The notes beneath the pieces are model-generated. The model worked only from the letters and a program-made list of their open reading frames with translations, did no database searches and was not told the DNA's origin. This document shows positions 1-9,781 of a DNA stretch of 64,000 nt, in pieces (position 1 is the stretch's first letter; every line of letters begins with the position of its first letter). Source of the DNA: Candidatus Bathyarchaeota archaeon. GTDB taxonomy: Archaea > Thermoproteota > Bathyarchaeia > Bathyarchaeales > Bathycorpusculaceae. The position numbers were made by a program, and so were the translations under genes. The DNA is taken from assembly GCA_963811105.1 (NCBI GenBank), contig CAWEPZ010000009.1, forward strand, positions 224,001 to 288,000. The letters are read 5' to 3'.

Positions 1-481
1 CACTAGTTGTTGCTACAACCACAAAATCAGCTGCAACAATAGCGTTTATAGAAGAGTACTGCAACCCAGGGCTTGTATCAAAGAACAAGTAATCAAAACC
101 CTCATCTACAAGCAAAGTTTCCCTAAGCGCAAGTAGTCTACCTAAAGCTCGCATTTCCCATTTTCTATCTTTGGATGACATATCCCTTATTGCTTCAGTT
201 GCAGGATTAGCTAAGCCAGCATAGAACTTGCCACCACCCGTGAGCATACTACTTAAATCTATTAGGGATTCGTTTGCCTCACGTGTGTTATTTAAGTAAT
301 CGTTAAACCAGACTTCACTATTTTCAGCTTTAAGAATAGCGAACAAACTTGGCGCACGAAAGTCAAGGTCAAAAACAGCCACTTTTTTGCCGCTTTTAGC
401 GAAAGATGCTGCTAAATTTACTGATAGAAGAGTTTTCCCTGTACCACCTTTGTAGGAATGTACTGCGATTATTTTGCTCAT
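1..481 (-). CDS. MinD/ParA-family ATPase (runs off the window start)
   Basis: Not in the ORF track. Manual translation from ATG 481 gives MSKIIAVHSYKGGTGKTLLS (deviant Walker A), VAVFDLDFRAPSL and LFFDTSPGL. Confidence 0.9.
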   Translation of the reverse strand, partial: MSKIIAVHSYKGGTGKTLLSVNLAASFAKSGKKVAVFDLDFRAPSLFAILKAENSEVWFNDYLNNTREANESLIDLSSMLTGGGKFYAGLANPATEAIRDMSSKDRKWEMRALGRLLALRETLLVDEGFDYLFFDTSPGLQYSSINAIVAADFVVVATTS

Positions 482-485
482 ACTT

Positions 486-866
486 TCAACCTTGTGTTTC
501 CTTTTCAATAAAGAAATATGCTTTTCTTCCTTTTCGTTCCTTCTTAAGGTAACCCATAATCACAAGCTGGTTAAGATATGCACTTTCCACCGCTCTTGCC
601 CTCTTGGTCTGCCCAGCAATTTCCTCAGCTGTTGCTCTTTCACATCGACAAATCGTCATCGCTGTCTTACGCAAGTGATCCGGCATCGAAAGAAGCGTCA
701 TAACATCCAAAGATGCATCAGGCAACGCTAAACTGGATTTTTGATTATACCCACTGGTTTTCTGAATTTCCATCATAACTTCCATTTTCTGGTTGAGCTT
801 CTCGAGGCTTTCTTCTATTTTCTCAAGAATAGCAGAAGACTTTTTTGCGTATATTTGATCTTTTAT
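486..866 (-). CDS. winged-helix DNA-binding protein with N-terminal coiled segment (track start 785; probable ATA start at 866)
   Basis: ATAEEIAGQTKRARAVESAYLNQLVIMGYLKKERKGRKAYF is HTH plus wing. The frame is open upstream to a GGGGGAG RBS at 881-875. Confidence 0.7.
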   Translation of the reverse strand: MKDQIYAKKSSAILEKIEESLEKLNQKMEVMMEIQKTSGYNQKSSLALPDASLDVMTLLSMPDHLRKTAMTICRCERATAEEIAGQTKRARAVESAYLNQLVIMGYLKKERKGRKAYFFIEKETQG

Positions 867-1249
867 GATTAACGCTCCCCCCGAGTTGTTTTACGTGTAT
901 GCAGTCAGGAGTGATCCTTCTTTATTAAGTCTTATTATACAGAGATATTTATTTGAAATAAATAAACACCGATTAAAAAAAACAGAAAAGCAACGTTGCT
1001 GACAGTTTTCTATTAAAATGAGAATAAAAAAATTTTCAAAAAATATGAATTGGAGAAATTTGGGAATTAGTGGGGCCAATGATCAGCTCTTACATTGCGC
1101 CCGGAGCTTTTAACATGCATACTGCACCATAGAATAATCTTTCTGTATTGATTTGGGGAGCTACGACTTTTCTATTCAAAATAAGGACATCAAGAGCTCC
1201 GCACGTTTTTTAACTTGTTCTATATTTTAGTGGTGGAGACGTTACGGGT

Positions 1250-1873
1250 TTGGATAGGTCTGCAATAATTTTAGTTGGTTTTACACCAAACAAGTTTGGG
1301 GAAGACAAAGGGCTCCTGAAACTGAACAAAAAACCTTTGTTTAGTTACGTTGTTGACTCTGTCAAAGATATTGTTGAAGAAATAATCATCGTAACAAATT
1401 CACAACAGCGCGCAGATATATACGCAAAAGTTGTTTCAACCAATGCCAAGTTTGCAGTTGACGACGATGAGTCAAAAGGACCTTTAGGCGGTGCGTTGAC
1501 AGGTTTTGAGGCAGCCCAGGGAAAGTATTCGTTGCTTTTGCCTTTTGACGCACCGTTTATTTGCCGAGAGATTATTTCGTTGCTTTTTGATTTATGCATT
1601 GGTAAAACGGCGGTGGTTCCAAGGTGGACAAATTGCGAGATTGAACCTTTGCATGCAGTTTATCGGACAGAGTGTGGGTTGGACGCGGCTAAAAAAGCGT
1701 TGGCAAATAATGAGCTTGAATTGGCTGATATGGTGGGTAAAATGCGGGGAGTGCGCTATGTTTCCACTTTAGTAATAGAACAGTTGGATCCAGAGTTGCG
1801 AACCTTCTTCAATGTAAACGCTCCCCTTGATCTAAAAAAAGCCCTAACTATGATGAAGCAAAGAAAAAAATAG
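1250..1873 (+). CDS. mobA: molybdenum cofactor guanylyltransferase (MobA-like)
   Basis: FGEDKGLL, GPLGGALTG, LPFDAPF, EPLHAVY and FFNVNAPLDL motifs. The N-terminal LAGG loop is divergent. Confidence 0.8.
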   Translation: MDRSAIILVGFTPNKFGEDKGLLKLNKKPLFSYVVDSVKDIVEEIIIVTNSQQRADIYAKVVSTNAKFAVDDDESKGPLGGALTGFEAAQGKYSLLLPFDAPFICREIISLLFDLCIGKTAVVPRWTNCEIEPLHAVYRTECGLDAAKKALANNELELADMVGKMRGVRYVSTLVIEQLDPELRTFFNVNAPLDLKKALTMMKQRKK

Positions 1874-2013
1874 AATTTTTGAGTAATTGTATTAAATGAC
1901 AAGCTTATGAAACTCTATCGTAACGTTCGCTTGATAATGAGGCTATCTTGACACAGCCACATTGGTTAATACCAAAGTCTAGAGCTCTGTTGTAAAAGGA
2001 AGTGAAACAAGTC

Positions 2014-2562
2014 TTGTCCGAAGATAAACATGTACTATTATTATGGAGGCAAAGAGAAGAAAACTGGACAGGTAAAAAAGGAAACTGAAGAAGGATTAGT
2101 TCCTAACTACCAAAGAGACTTTAATAGAATAATGGAGGAGTTTCCAACATGATTTTGATAATTTCTGGGCGATGCTACCAAGATGGAGGAGGTGGATGGG
2201 AGGGAAACCAGGTTTTCCAATGATGATGTCTTTTAAACAGATGATGTCATCAGTTGATGTGGAGGATCGAGGGAAAGATTTCTGCGTAACCGTAAACTTG
2301 CCAGGATTCAACAAGGAGGATGTGAATATCGAGGTCGGTGAAGAATCACTATTGATTCATGCGAAAAAGAACAAAGCAGAAGAAAAAAAGCAGAAAAACT
2401 ATTTTCGCAAGGAGAGAATGGTTCAAACGTTTTACAGAAGGATTGATTTGCCTGAGAAAAATCAAGTCAGATTCTGCCAAAGCAAGAGAAATCAATTGAG
2501 TACTTTGGATTGATTTGCTGAAGAATGAGCCTGAAGAAACCAAAAAACTTACCTTCACATAA
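2014..2562 (+). pseudogene. Hsp20/alpha-crystallin small heat-shock protein, disrupted
   Basis: VDVEDRGKDFCVTVNLPGFNKEDVNIEV...FYRRIDLPEK. Frameshifts near 2144 and 2460, plus an in-frame TGA where the NGVL glycine is expected. Confidence 0.75.
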
Positions 2563-2623
2563 TCTTTAGAAATTTTCCTTTTTCTTTGATTTTTATTATT
2601 TTTTGAAATGATTCTTATTGTGA

Positions 2624-3337
2624 TCACGTTTTTTGTTTGCATACTTGCTCTTGATCAGAATATTCTCTTGATTTCCGTTTCCTTGCTAAAGCCGCCATAA
2701 CTACAACTGAAAAAACAACTAGCATAAGTAAAGTTACCGCCGTATAAAGTAAGCTTATCCTAATTGAAAGCACCTCGTACACACCAACCAAGCCAAACAA
2801 AACAAAAATTCCTGCTGAAAGCCACCTAAAAGTCCTCTCAGGAATACGCTTACAAAAAACAACTCCAACAACTATTCCAACTCCATCAGCAACCAACATA
2901 GCAATCGTTGCTCCAACAAAAACGCTGAGCGCATTGTTGTATTGTGCTGTCAAACTGATAGTTGCAAGCTGGGTCTTGTCACCGAACTCAGCGATGAAAA
3001 AAGCTGTGGCTACAGTTCCGACTACCCCAAATCGGGAGGTCTTTTCATTCTTGATTTTGAATTTGTCTCCTCTTACGGTCCACAATCCAAAACCGATGAA
3101 GGAAATAGAAGCTGCCAGAGAAATAACATCTAAAGGAATGAGTGAAGTTAGCAATTGACCAAGTGTTATTGTGACTGCAAAGCTAGCCAGAATAGCCAGG
3201 AAGACCCCTATAATAACCTTGTAAATATTGTGTCGCGCAGCAAAGGACATGGCTAAAAATTGGGTTTTATCCCCCATTTCGGCTAAAACAACTAACACAA
3301 ACGAAGCAGCAAAGGCAGCTAAGCTGAGTTCAATCAA
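2624..3337 (-). CDS. TMEM165/GDT1 (UPF0016) Ca2+/Mn2+ transporter
   Basis: Two copies of the E-x-G-D-K-T motif (AEMGDKTQ, AEFGDKTQ). Confidence 0.93.
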   Translation of the reverse strand: MIELSLAAFAASFVLVVLAEMGDKTQFLAMSFAARHNIYKVIIGVFLAILASFAVTITLGQLLTSLIPLDVISLAASISFIGFGLWTVRGDKFKIKNEKTSRFGVVGTVATAFFIAEFGDKTQLATISLTAQYNNALSVFVGATIAMLVADGVGIVVGVVFCKRIPERTFRWLSAGIFVLFGLVGVYEVLSIRISLLYTAVTLLMLVVFSVVVMAALARKRKSREYSDQEQVCKQKT

Positions 3338-3349
3338 TATCTTTCATCT

Positions 3350-4363
3350 TTAGATTGGGGGTTTAGCTATTTTTTGGTTTTTTAATGTTTTCATCCATTC
3401 CTTAAACTCTGAAGATGGCGGATAGTCACGATATAGTTTTTCGCGCTTAGATTCTAAGAAAAGGTTTTCGTTGCCTGAGTATTCCGCAGCTGTGGTAATA
3501 CTGTGCCCTGATTTGGAAGCTTGCTGGCAAACCCCACTTATTCTTTGTTGCCAAGACTCGTCTCTCAGCGCATGGTGGTCAAAGATGACCATTGGCACCG
3601 ACTCAACAATCTTTTGCATATTCTTTAATCCTTGTTCCAACTGCCGCCCATCAACTCGGCAACCTTCTAGATAAAATGGCGGTCCACCCAACATAATAGC
3701 GGTCGGCCGCTCCCTTAGAATCAAGTCAAGCGTGTGAGTTGACATTGGCCCTTGCACGTCAGGGGCAAACATAAACCGTTCACCCTCATGCTCAAAAACA
3801 GCCATTATGACCCAGCCCAGCATCGAATCCTCCGACCCATGAACCACAGCCTCCGAAAACCGCAACACAGTCTTTCCATAAGAAAACGTTTTGCCATCAG
3901 CAGTCTCAAGGCTCTTTCCGTGCTTGCCACCAGTTTTTTGGAAAAGCCAGGCACGTTGCCTTTGGCTTGCGTTGATTTTTTCCCGCGGATTTTTCACTAG
4001 CACGATTTTGTTTTGGTAAATTTGGCGAGCTGTTTCGTTTGCTTCCGTCCAATTTACTACCCAGTCTTCGTATGATGGGGTATGGTGGTCAAAATGGTAA
4101 TGGCTAATCGTCACCACATCCGCTTTGGTTGCTGCTGACGCAATAAGCTTGCGTATATTAGCGATTGTTTGGAACTCAATAGGATGAGGGGGCAAATTGA
4201 AGCGATACGGACAGAGCGAGACTCCAGCATCTAAAAGCACTTTCACTTCGAGAGTCTCAACAAGTGTGCACATCGAGCGTACACCGAAGCTTTCTGCCGC
4301 CAAAGGAGTAATCTTAATTTTCCCTAATGAACTACTGGGTTCTTTTTCAATTCTTGTAGTCAC
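3350..4363 (-). CDS. metallo-beta-lactamase-fold hydrolase (UPF0282-like)
   Basis: AESFGVRSM, SHYHFDH, DVQGP and DHHALRD motifs. Confidence 0.85.
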   Translation of the reverse strand: MTTRIEKEPSSSLGKIKITPLAAESFGVRSMCTLVETLEVKVLLDAGVSLCPYRFNLPPHPIEFQTIANIRKLIASAATKADVVTISHYHFDHHTPSYEDWVVNWTEANETARQIYQNKIVLVKNPREKINASQRQRAWLFQKTGGKHGKSLETADGKTFSYGKTVLRFSEAVVHGSEDSMLGWVIMAVFEHEGERFMFAPDVQGPMSTHTLDLILRERPTAIMLGGPPFYLEGCRVDGRQLEQGLKNMQKIVESVPMVIFDHHALRDESWQQRISGVCQQASKSGHSITTAAEYSGNENLFLESKREKLYRDYPPSSEFKEWMKTLKNQKIAKPPI

Positions 4364-4542
4364 GCAGAGAAACCTGTGCTATTGGGCTAATGAAACAGAA
4401 TGTAAAATGCATTACGCTGTTTTGTGTAAATAAATTGCCTTAACCATAGGTTGTTGTACTATGACAGCCACAAACCGTTAAATTCAAAGCTTCTATCCTT
4501 TAAATTGAGTAAGAGTAAAGGAGCTTTTGGAGGAGAAAAAGT

Positions 4543-5109
4543 TTGAGTCAACAAACAAAAGATGACAAGAATCTTGAGGCTGCAACGCTAGCTGCTGGCT
4601 GCTTCTGGTGCACCGAAGCGGCGTTCAATATCATAAAGGGAGTTGAGACAATTGAACCTGGCTACACAGGCGGTAATGTGCCAAACCCATCTTACGAACA
4701 AGTTTCCACAGGCACAACTGGGCATGCGGAGGCAGCGCAGATTTTCTTTGATCCCAAAGTCATCAAATACAAAGAAATCTTAGAGGTTTATTTTGCCATG
4801 CATGATCCAACCTCGCTGAATCGTCAGGGCGCTGATGTGGGAACACAATATAGATCCGCCATTTTTTATCATAGCCCAGAGCAGAAAGCTAATGCAGAGC
4901 AACTGATTGATGAATTAAACCAAGAGGGCATATGGGATAAGCCAATCGTCACCTCAGTTGAACCCCTGAAAGTTTTCTACAAAGCTGAAACCTATCATAA
5001 AGACTATTACAAGAAACACCCAAAAGAGCCCTACTGCCAAGTAGTAATTGCACCTAAAATTGCAAAGTTGCAACAACGATTTTTTGATAAAATCAAGGTT
5101 CCTCCATGA
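4543..5109 (+). CDS. msrA: peptide-methionine (S)-S-oxide reductase
   Basis: AAGCFWC, TGHAEA, HDPTSLNRQGADVGTQYRS. Confidence 0.97.
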   Translation: MSQQTKDDKNLEAATLAAGCFWCTEAAFNIIKGVETIEPGYTGGNVPNPSYEQVSTGTTGHAEAAQIFFDPKVIKYKEILEVYFAMHDPTSLNRQGADVGTQYRSAIFYHSPEQKANAEQLIDELNQEGIWDKPIVTSVEPLKVFYKAETYHKDYYKKHPKEPYCQVVIAPKIAKLQQRFFDKIKVPP

Positions 5110-5681
5110 CAACCAAAACAACTGTAACAAGAGCTAACGAGGTTTTAAGACAGATTGAGGCGGCAGCAGAAAAAAAGTGGTTGCCAATCATCGGACCACA
5201 TAAAGGGAAACTCCTTGCTCAAGAGATTCGGAAAGTTAAGCCGCAGCATGTTTTGGAAGTTGGTACTTTGATCGGTTACTCAACAATCTTAATCGGCAAG
5301 GAACTTAACGAAAGTGCAGAGATCGTAACGATAGAGACTCATAGTGATGAGGCAGAAACCGCTGGAAAAAATGTTCTTAAAGCCAATATTCCCCCAAAAG
5401 TTAAGATTATCGAGGGCAACGCATTGGAAGTTATTCCCACCTTGCAAGGTCCCTTTGACTTTGCATTTATTGATGCCGAAAAAACCGAGTATTTCCAATA
5501 TCTTCGCCTTGCGGAGAATAAAATGCCCAAATTCGCGGTTATTTTTGCTGAGAACGCAGGCATTTTCGCTGACCAAATGAGTGATTATTTGGATTACGTT
5601 AGAAATTCCGGCAATTATAGGAGCCATTATGTGCCGGTCGGCGACGACGGCGTAGAAATAAGTGTTAAACTCAAAGCATAG
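5106..5681 (+). CDS. O-methyltransferase (YrrM/COMT-like)
   Basis: VLEVGTLIGYS, FDFAFIDAEK. Confidence 0.88.
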   Translation: MTTKTTVTRANEVLRQIEAAAEKKWLPIIGPHKGKLLAQEIRKVKPQHVLEVGTLIGYSTILIGKELNESAEIVTIETHSDEAETAGKNVLKANIPPKVKIIEGNALEVIPTLQGPFDFAFIDAEKTEYFQYLRLAENKMPKFAVIFAENAGIFADQMSDYLDYVRNSGNYRSHYVPVGDDGVEISVKLKA

Positions 5682-5741
5682 CGTTTAGTAGAAAACCTAA
5701 TATTCCAAGTTAATTTAAAGGTAAACTGGCGAATTTTTCAT

Positions 5742-6350
5742 ATGCTATCAAGAAACGTCAAACTAGAACTCTTAACCGACAGGAACAGTGCTTTAGTTTT
5801 GGTAGATTATCAGCCGTCAATGTTCCGAAGCATAGGTTCTGGCGATAAAACCATAATTAGGGCTGCAGCCATCGGTGCTGCCAAAGCCGCTAAAATACTG
5901 GGAATCCCGGTTGTTTTATCATCTATAAATCCTAAAAATAATGGGGAATTTGTTCCAGAAATCGCTCAAATTTTCCCTAACCAAGAAGTTTATGCAAGAA
6001 AACTATCGAGCTTTGATGCATTTGAAGACCAAAACACTTGGGATGCATTTAAGAGGACAGGAAAAAACAAGGTAGTTCTTTCTGGGCTTTGGACAAGCAT
6101 GTGTTTTGCGTTCACCGCCGTTCACGCAATAAAGGAAGAATACGAAGTCTACGGACTAATGGATGCAACAGGAGACTCTACAGTAGATGCGCACAAGTAT
6201 GGAGTTAAGAGGATGTTGCAGGTGGGAGTGGTGCCGCTTACACTTGAGGCATTGGTTTCAGAGTGGATGCATGACTGGAATAATCCTAAAGCTGGCGAGT
6301 TAGTTGCAGAAGTTTATTCTAAATACGGAGCAATGATAGGCCTGCACTGA
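5742..6350 (+). CDS. isochorismatase-family hydrolase (YcaC-like)
   Basis: LVLVDYQP, GLWTSMC, EWMHDW. Confidence 0.9.
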   Translation: MLSRNVKLELLTDRNSALVLVDYQPSMFRSIGSGDKTIIRAAAIGAAKAAKILGIPVVLSSINPKNNGEFVPEIAQIFPNQEVYARKLSSFDAFEDQNTWDAFKRTGKNKVVLSGLWTSMCFAFTAVHAIKEEYEVYGLMDATGDSTVDAHKYGVKRMLQVGVVPLTLEALVSEWMHDWNNPKAGELVAEVYSKYGAMIGLH

Positions 6351-6956
6351 ATCGAGTGTACCTGAACGTTTTAATGACTGCGTGGGTGTTTTCTGTTTCG
6401 GGTGGGCGATGACGACTCTGGCCCCGAAGACGTGAGGATGATGAGGATCTTGAGTGTGAGATGGTAAAAATGATAATTTTTCGAGTTCGTTTTTGCCTTC
6501 CAAGAGCTCACCTTTCAGAGTTTCTTAGATAGCCGGTTAGTATTAGCTAAATTTAGTTAACTAAATAACAATACGTTAACCAAAAAAAAGCCAATTATTT
6601 TTCTTACGCGCTTTGGATTCATTTTTTCAATGAAAAAAGCGATTAATGAATAAGAAGTTTATTCTATTTGCCTACCTCAAACGTCTGAACTATTCAATTT
6701 GGTTTCCAATTTCCGATTGGGAAAAATAGATACATTGGATGCACAGAAACAGATTTTTGAGACTATGGGTGTTTTTCATCTTTAGCATTGGTCATAAACC
6801 AATTTAGTAAAATGCCAAAAAGTTCCTGCCTAAATAAACGGAATCTTCATTTTGCTTCACTTGAAGGCATTGCAGCTTCTTTTCGTTTTCTCCGTAGCAC
6901 CCTATTCGCTTTAATTTCATCAAACACTATTCTGGACGAAGTAGCCCCCTAGTTCC

Positions 6957-7736
6957 TCATGGTTGGAGTTTTTCTACGTAGCGTGCGCTGAACCCAAACC
7001 CAGACGTACGCGAACGCGCGTAAGGTGTTGGTTCGGGTTCTTCGGGTATTGGCATTGGTTCGGGTTCTTCGGGTTCTGGTTCAGGTTCTGGATTTGGCTC
7101 AGGTTCGGGTTCTTCGGGTTCTGGTTCAGGTTCTGGATTTGGCTCAGGTTCGGGTTCTTCGGGTTCTGGTTCAGGTTCTGGATTTGGCTCAGGTTCGGGT
7201 TCTTCGGGTTCTGGTTCAGGTTCTGGATTTGGCTCAGGTTCGGGTTCTTCGGGTTCTGGTTCAGGTTCTGGATTTGGCTCAGGTTCGGGTTCTTCGGGTT
7301 CTGGTTCAGGTTCTGGATTTGGCTCAGGTTCGGGTTCTTCGGGTTCTGGTTCAGGTTCTGGATTTGGCTCAGGTTCGGGTTCTTCGGGTTCTGGTTCAGG
7401 TTCTGGATTTGGCTCAGGTTCTGGATTTGGCTCAGATATTATTATCAAATTTGCCACATTTTTTGTCTCTGTCAACTTGCGCGTGGGCATACTTATTGAC
7501 GCGCTTAATTCGTCAGTTGTTATTTCGCTTCCAGTTGGTCTGAATCTTTTCATGAACCTATTAATTATCTTTGAAACTCTGTCTGCTTCTTCTTTAACGT
7601 CAACTTTAATGAAGATTTTATTATTTGGATAACCAAGTTGATAACCAGCATTATACCCTCTTTTCTGAAGAAACCTTACGATAACCTGTGAAAGCCGCTC
7701 ATTCTCTGGTTTAAACACTTCATAATCCATCGGCAT
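6957..7736 (-). CDS. hypothetical protein with a long Pro/Glu-rich repeat region
   Basis: About 100-aa unique N-terminus, a GAGGCG RBS upstream and an [15 protein letters not shown] repeat. Confidence 0.75.
   Translation of the reverse strand: MPMDYEVFKPENERLSQVIVRFLQKRGYNAGYQLGYPNNKIFIKVDVKEEADRVSKIINRFMKRFRPTGSEITTDELSASISMPTRKLTETKNVANLIIISEPNPEPEPNPEPEPEPEEPEPEPNPEPEPEPEEPEPEPNPEPEPEPEEPEPEPNPEPEPEPEEPEPEPNPEPEPEPEEPEPEPNPEPEPEPEEPEPEPNPEPEPEPEEPEPEPNPEPEPEPEEPEPMPIPEEPEPTPYARSRTSGFGFSARYVEKLQP
7057..7434. repeat. perfect 45-bp tandem repeat x8 plus an 18-bp partial copy
   Basis: Unit GGTTCGGGTTCTTCGGGTTCTGGTTCAGGTTCTGGATTTGGCTCA repeats identically over 7057-7416. Confidence 0.97.
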
Positions 7737-7796
7737 AATTCATTCACGCCTCATTTGTCTATTCTACGTTAATCAGATTTAAGACTTATCATCCAT

Positions 7797-8804
7797 GTGC
7801 TGTGTTGAATGACTATAAATACTAGTTGTGTACAGAACGCTTGATTATGAGTTATTTGAGAGATTGGAATGGCTACAATGAAGCGTTAGTGAAACGGGGC
7901 TTGATTCTTGTTGATTTAGACTTCGTTGCAGGCTGGTCTAGAGAACTCAAAACCATGAATGAAGGCAAAGAAGGCGGCAGATACCGCTACCCAGAATCAT
8001 TCATCAAACTACTAGCTGTAGTGCATGCATACGTTTTGCCATACAGGCAGTTGGAAGGCTTCATGCGCGGCTTGAGTCAATACGTTAACGGACTAAAAGC
8101 GCCAGACTACACAACTATCTGGTGGCGAATCGCCAAGATGAAGATCGATTTAGCCTCTTCCGTTGATGTAAACAAAGATGTCACTATCGCTGTGGACTCT
8201 AGCGAAATTAAAATGTCTAATCGCGGTGAATGGATTCATAAGAAGTGGAGAGTGCAACGCGGCTTCATAAAAGTGCACATTGCCGTTGATACTAAGACCA
8301 AACAGATACTTGCTATTGAGGTAACTAAAGAAGACGTTGGGGATGGACGCATGTTTGGCAGGTTGGTTAAGGGTTCAAGTGGCGTTGCTAATGTAGTGAA
8401 AGTGATTGGTGATGGCGCTTATGATTCTAAAGTTAACTTCCGTTTGGCCAGCGAGTTGGATATTGAGCCTTTGATTAGGGTGCGCAAGAACGCTTCGTTT
8501 AAGGGTGGGGGTTGCATGCCGCGTAAGTTTGCTGTGGTGAAGCAGCTTGGCAATGATGGATGGAGGCGTGAGAAGGGTTATGGGTATCGTTGGATGGTTG
8601 AGTCAGCGTTTTCTTGTTTAAAGCGGACGTTTGGAGAGTTTATTTGTGCGGTGAAGTGGCAACACATCGTTAAGGAACTGCTGCTAAAGGCTTCAATTTA
8701 CAACCTGTTTATGAAAATGAACCTGAATTAGGCTTTTAATCTAAGTGAAGAGAAATGGTTCAAAACCTAACTCAAAGATAGCTTTTAGTTATTCAACACA
8801 GCAC
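7797..8804 (+). mobile_element. IS5-family insertion sequence with terminal inverted repeats and ATCCAT target duplication
   Basis: TIRs GTGCTGTGTTGAATGACTA / TAGTTATTCAACACAGCAC. ATCCAT flanks the element at 7791-7796 and 8805-8810. Confidence 0.93.
7826..8731 (+). CDS. IS5-family DDE transposase
   Basis: WNGYNEALVKRG, PDYTT, AVDSS, GDGAYDS, YGYRWMVESAFS. Confidence 0.93.
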   Translation: MCTERLIMSYLRDWNGYNEALVKRGLILVDLDFVAGWSRELKTMNEGKEGGRYRYPESFIKLLAVVHAYVLPYRQLEGFMRGLSQYVNGLKAPDYTTIWWRIAKMKIDLASSVDVNKDVTIAVDSSEIKMSNRGEWIHKKWRVQRGFIKVHIAVDTKTKQILAIEVTKEDVGDGRMFGRLVKGSSGVANVVKVIGDGAYDSKVNFRLASELDIEPLIRVRKNASFKGGGCMPRKFAVVKQLGNDGWRREKGYGYRWMVESAFSCLKRTFGEFICAVKWQHIVKELLLKASIYNLFMKMNLN

Positions 8805-9057
8805 ATCCATGAAAACTTGTTAAAAAAATCTCTCCTAGATCCAAATCATAATGAGTGAAATGACTCTAAGTATTGCATTTTAGTAAAACAGTAAATCTAT
8901 GATTTTTCTCTTAATCTATTTCTTACCTATTTCCTATTGATATTTCCTTTATCTGGAAGATTTGTCAAAAGTTAGTTGGGTGTTAGCTGCAATAGTTAAA
9001 ATAAAATGTAAATAAAAATGGAAGTAATCGAAACCATTTAGGTCCCATCAGTACCAA

Positions 9058-9345
9058 TTATTCTTGGCATTCTGAGATTTCTGGGTGTTTGGTTAATTCA
9101 TCAAGAGACTTGTTTAGCAATACATTGTCTCCAACTTTAGCAACTAATGAGGTTGGCATGCATACAGTTGAGTTTCTGAATCTTTTGTTGAATCCAAGAT
9201 CCTCGGATGCTGGCTTTGACAACTTCACATGTAAATGGGTAACTTGCCAGCTGTCAGTGTTCAGTTCTACACCATTAAGTTCCCCGAGATCAAAACCGCC
9301 CGCACAAATAACAAACTTCCCAGAAAGTTTATCAAAACTCACCAA
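9058..9345 (-). CDS. PRC-barrel domain protein
   Basis: LSGKFVICAGGFDLGEL...WQVTHL...VAKVGDNVLL. Confidence 0.8.
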   Translation of the reverse strand: MVSFDKLSGKFVICAGGFDLGELNGVELNTDSWQVTHLHVKLSKPASEDLGFNKRFRNSTVCMPTSLVAKVGDNVLLNKSLDELTKHPEISECQE

Positions 9346-9781
9346 AATAAATCACCATTCTAGAATCACAAAAATCTGGAATATAATTCTTTCCCCAATT
9401 ACAGGCTGAGCGTGATGTTTGGTTCATGATAACTTGAGTGTGAGATGTGAAAATAATAACTTTCAGGTTAGCACTTGATAGTTTATTTGCCGTTGAAGAG
9501 CCAATTCAACCAACAAAGTTCGGATTATCTGTAACATAATTCAGGTCATTAAATATTTGACTTTAATAATTGTTTCTTTCAACGGTCATTTTTGTGATTC
9601 TGAAAATAAACAAGCTATCATTAATCCATTATGTTAGTCGGAAAATGCCAGCGCAAACGTTGCAATAATGTCAATTTCTATTTGGATTGATTCAGTAGTA
9701 ACCCATCACGTATATTGCGAGGTTTAGAATAGTACTTATATAGAAATTCTTTTTAAGTAATATGATAGGAGAAGGAGAATA

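Noticed and set aside
7057-7434. CRISPR array
   Set aside because: Head-to-tail identical units with no unique spacers, in frame within a CDS, and no cas genes nearby.
6963-7543. Plus-strand Phe/Trp-rich and Val/Leu-rich ORFs
   Set aside because: Antisense shadows of the Pro/Glu repeat.
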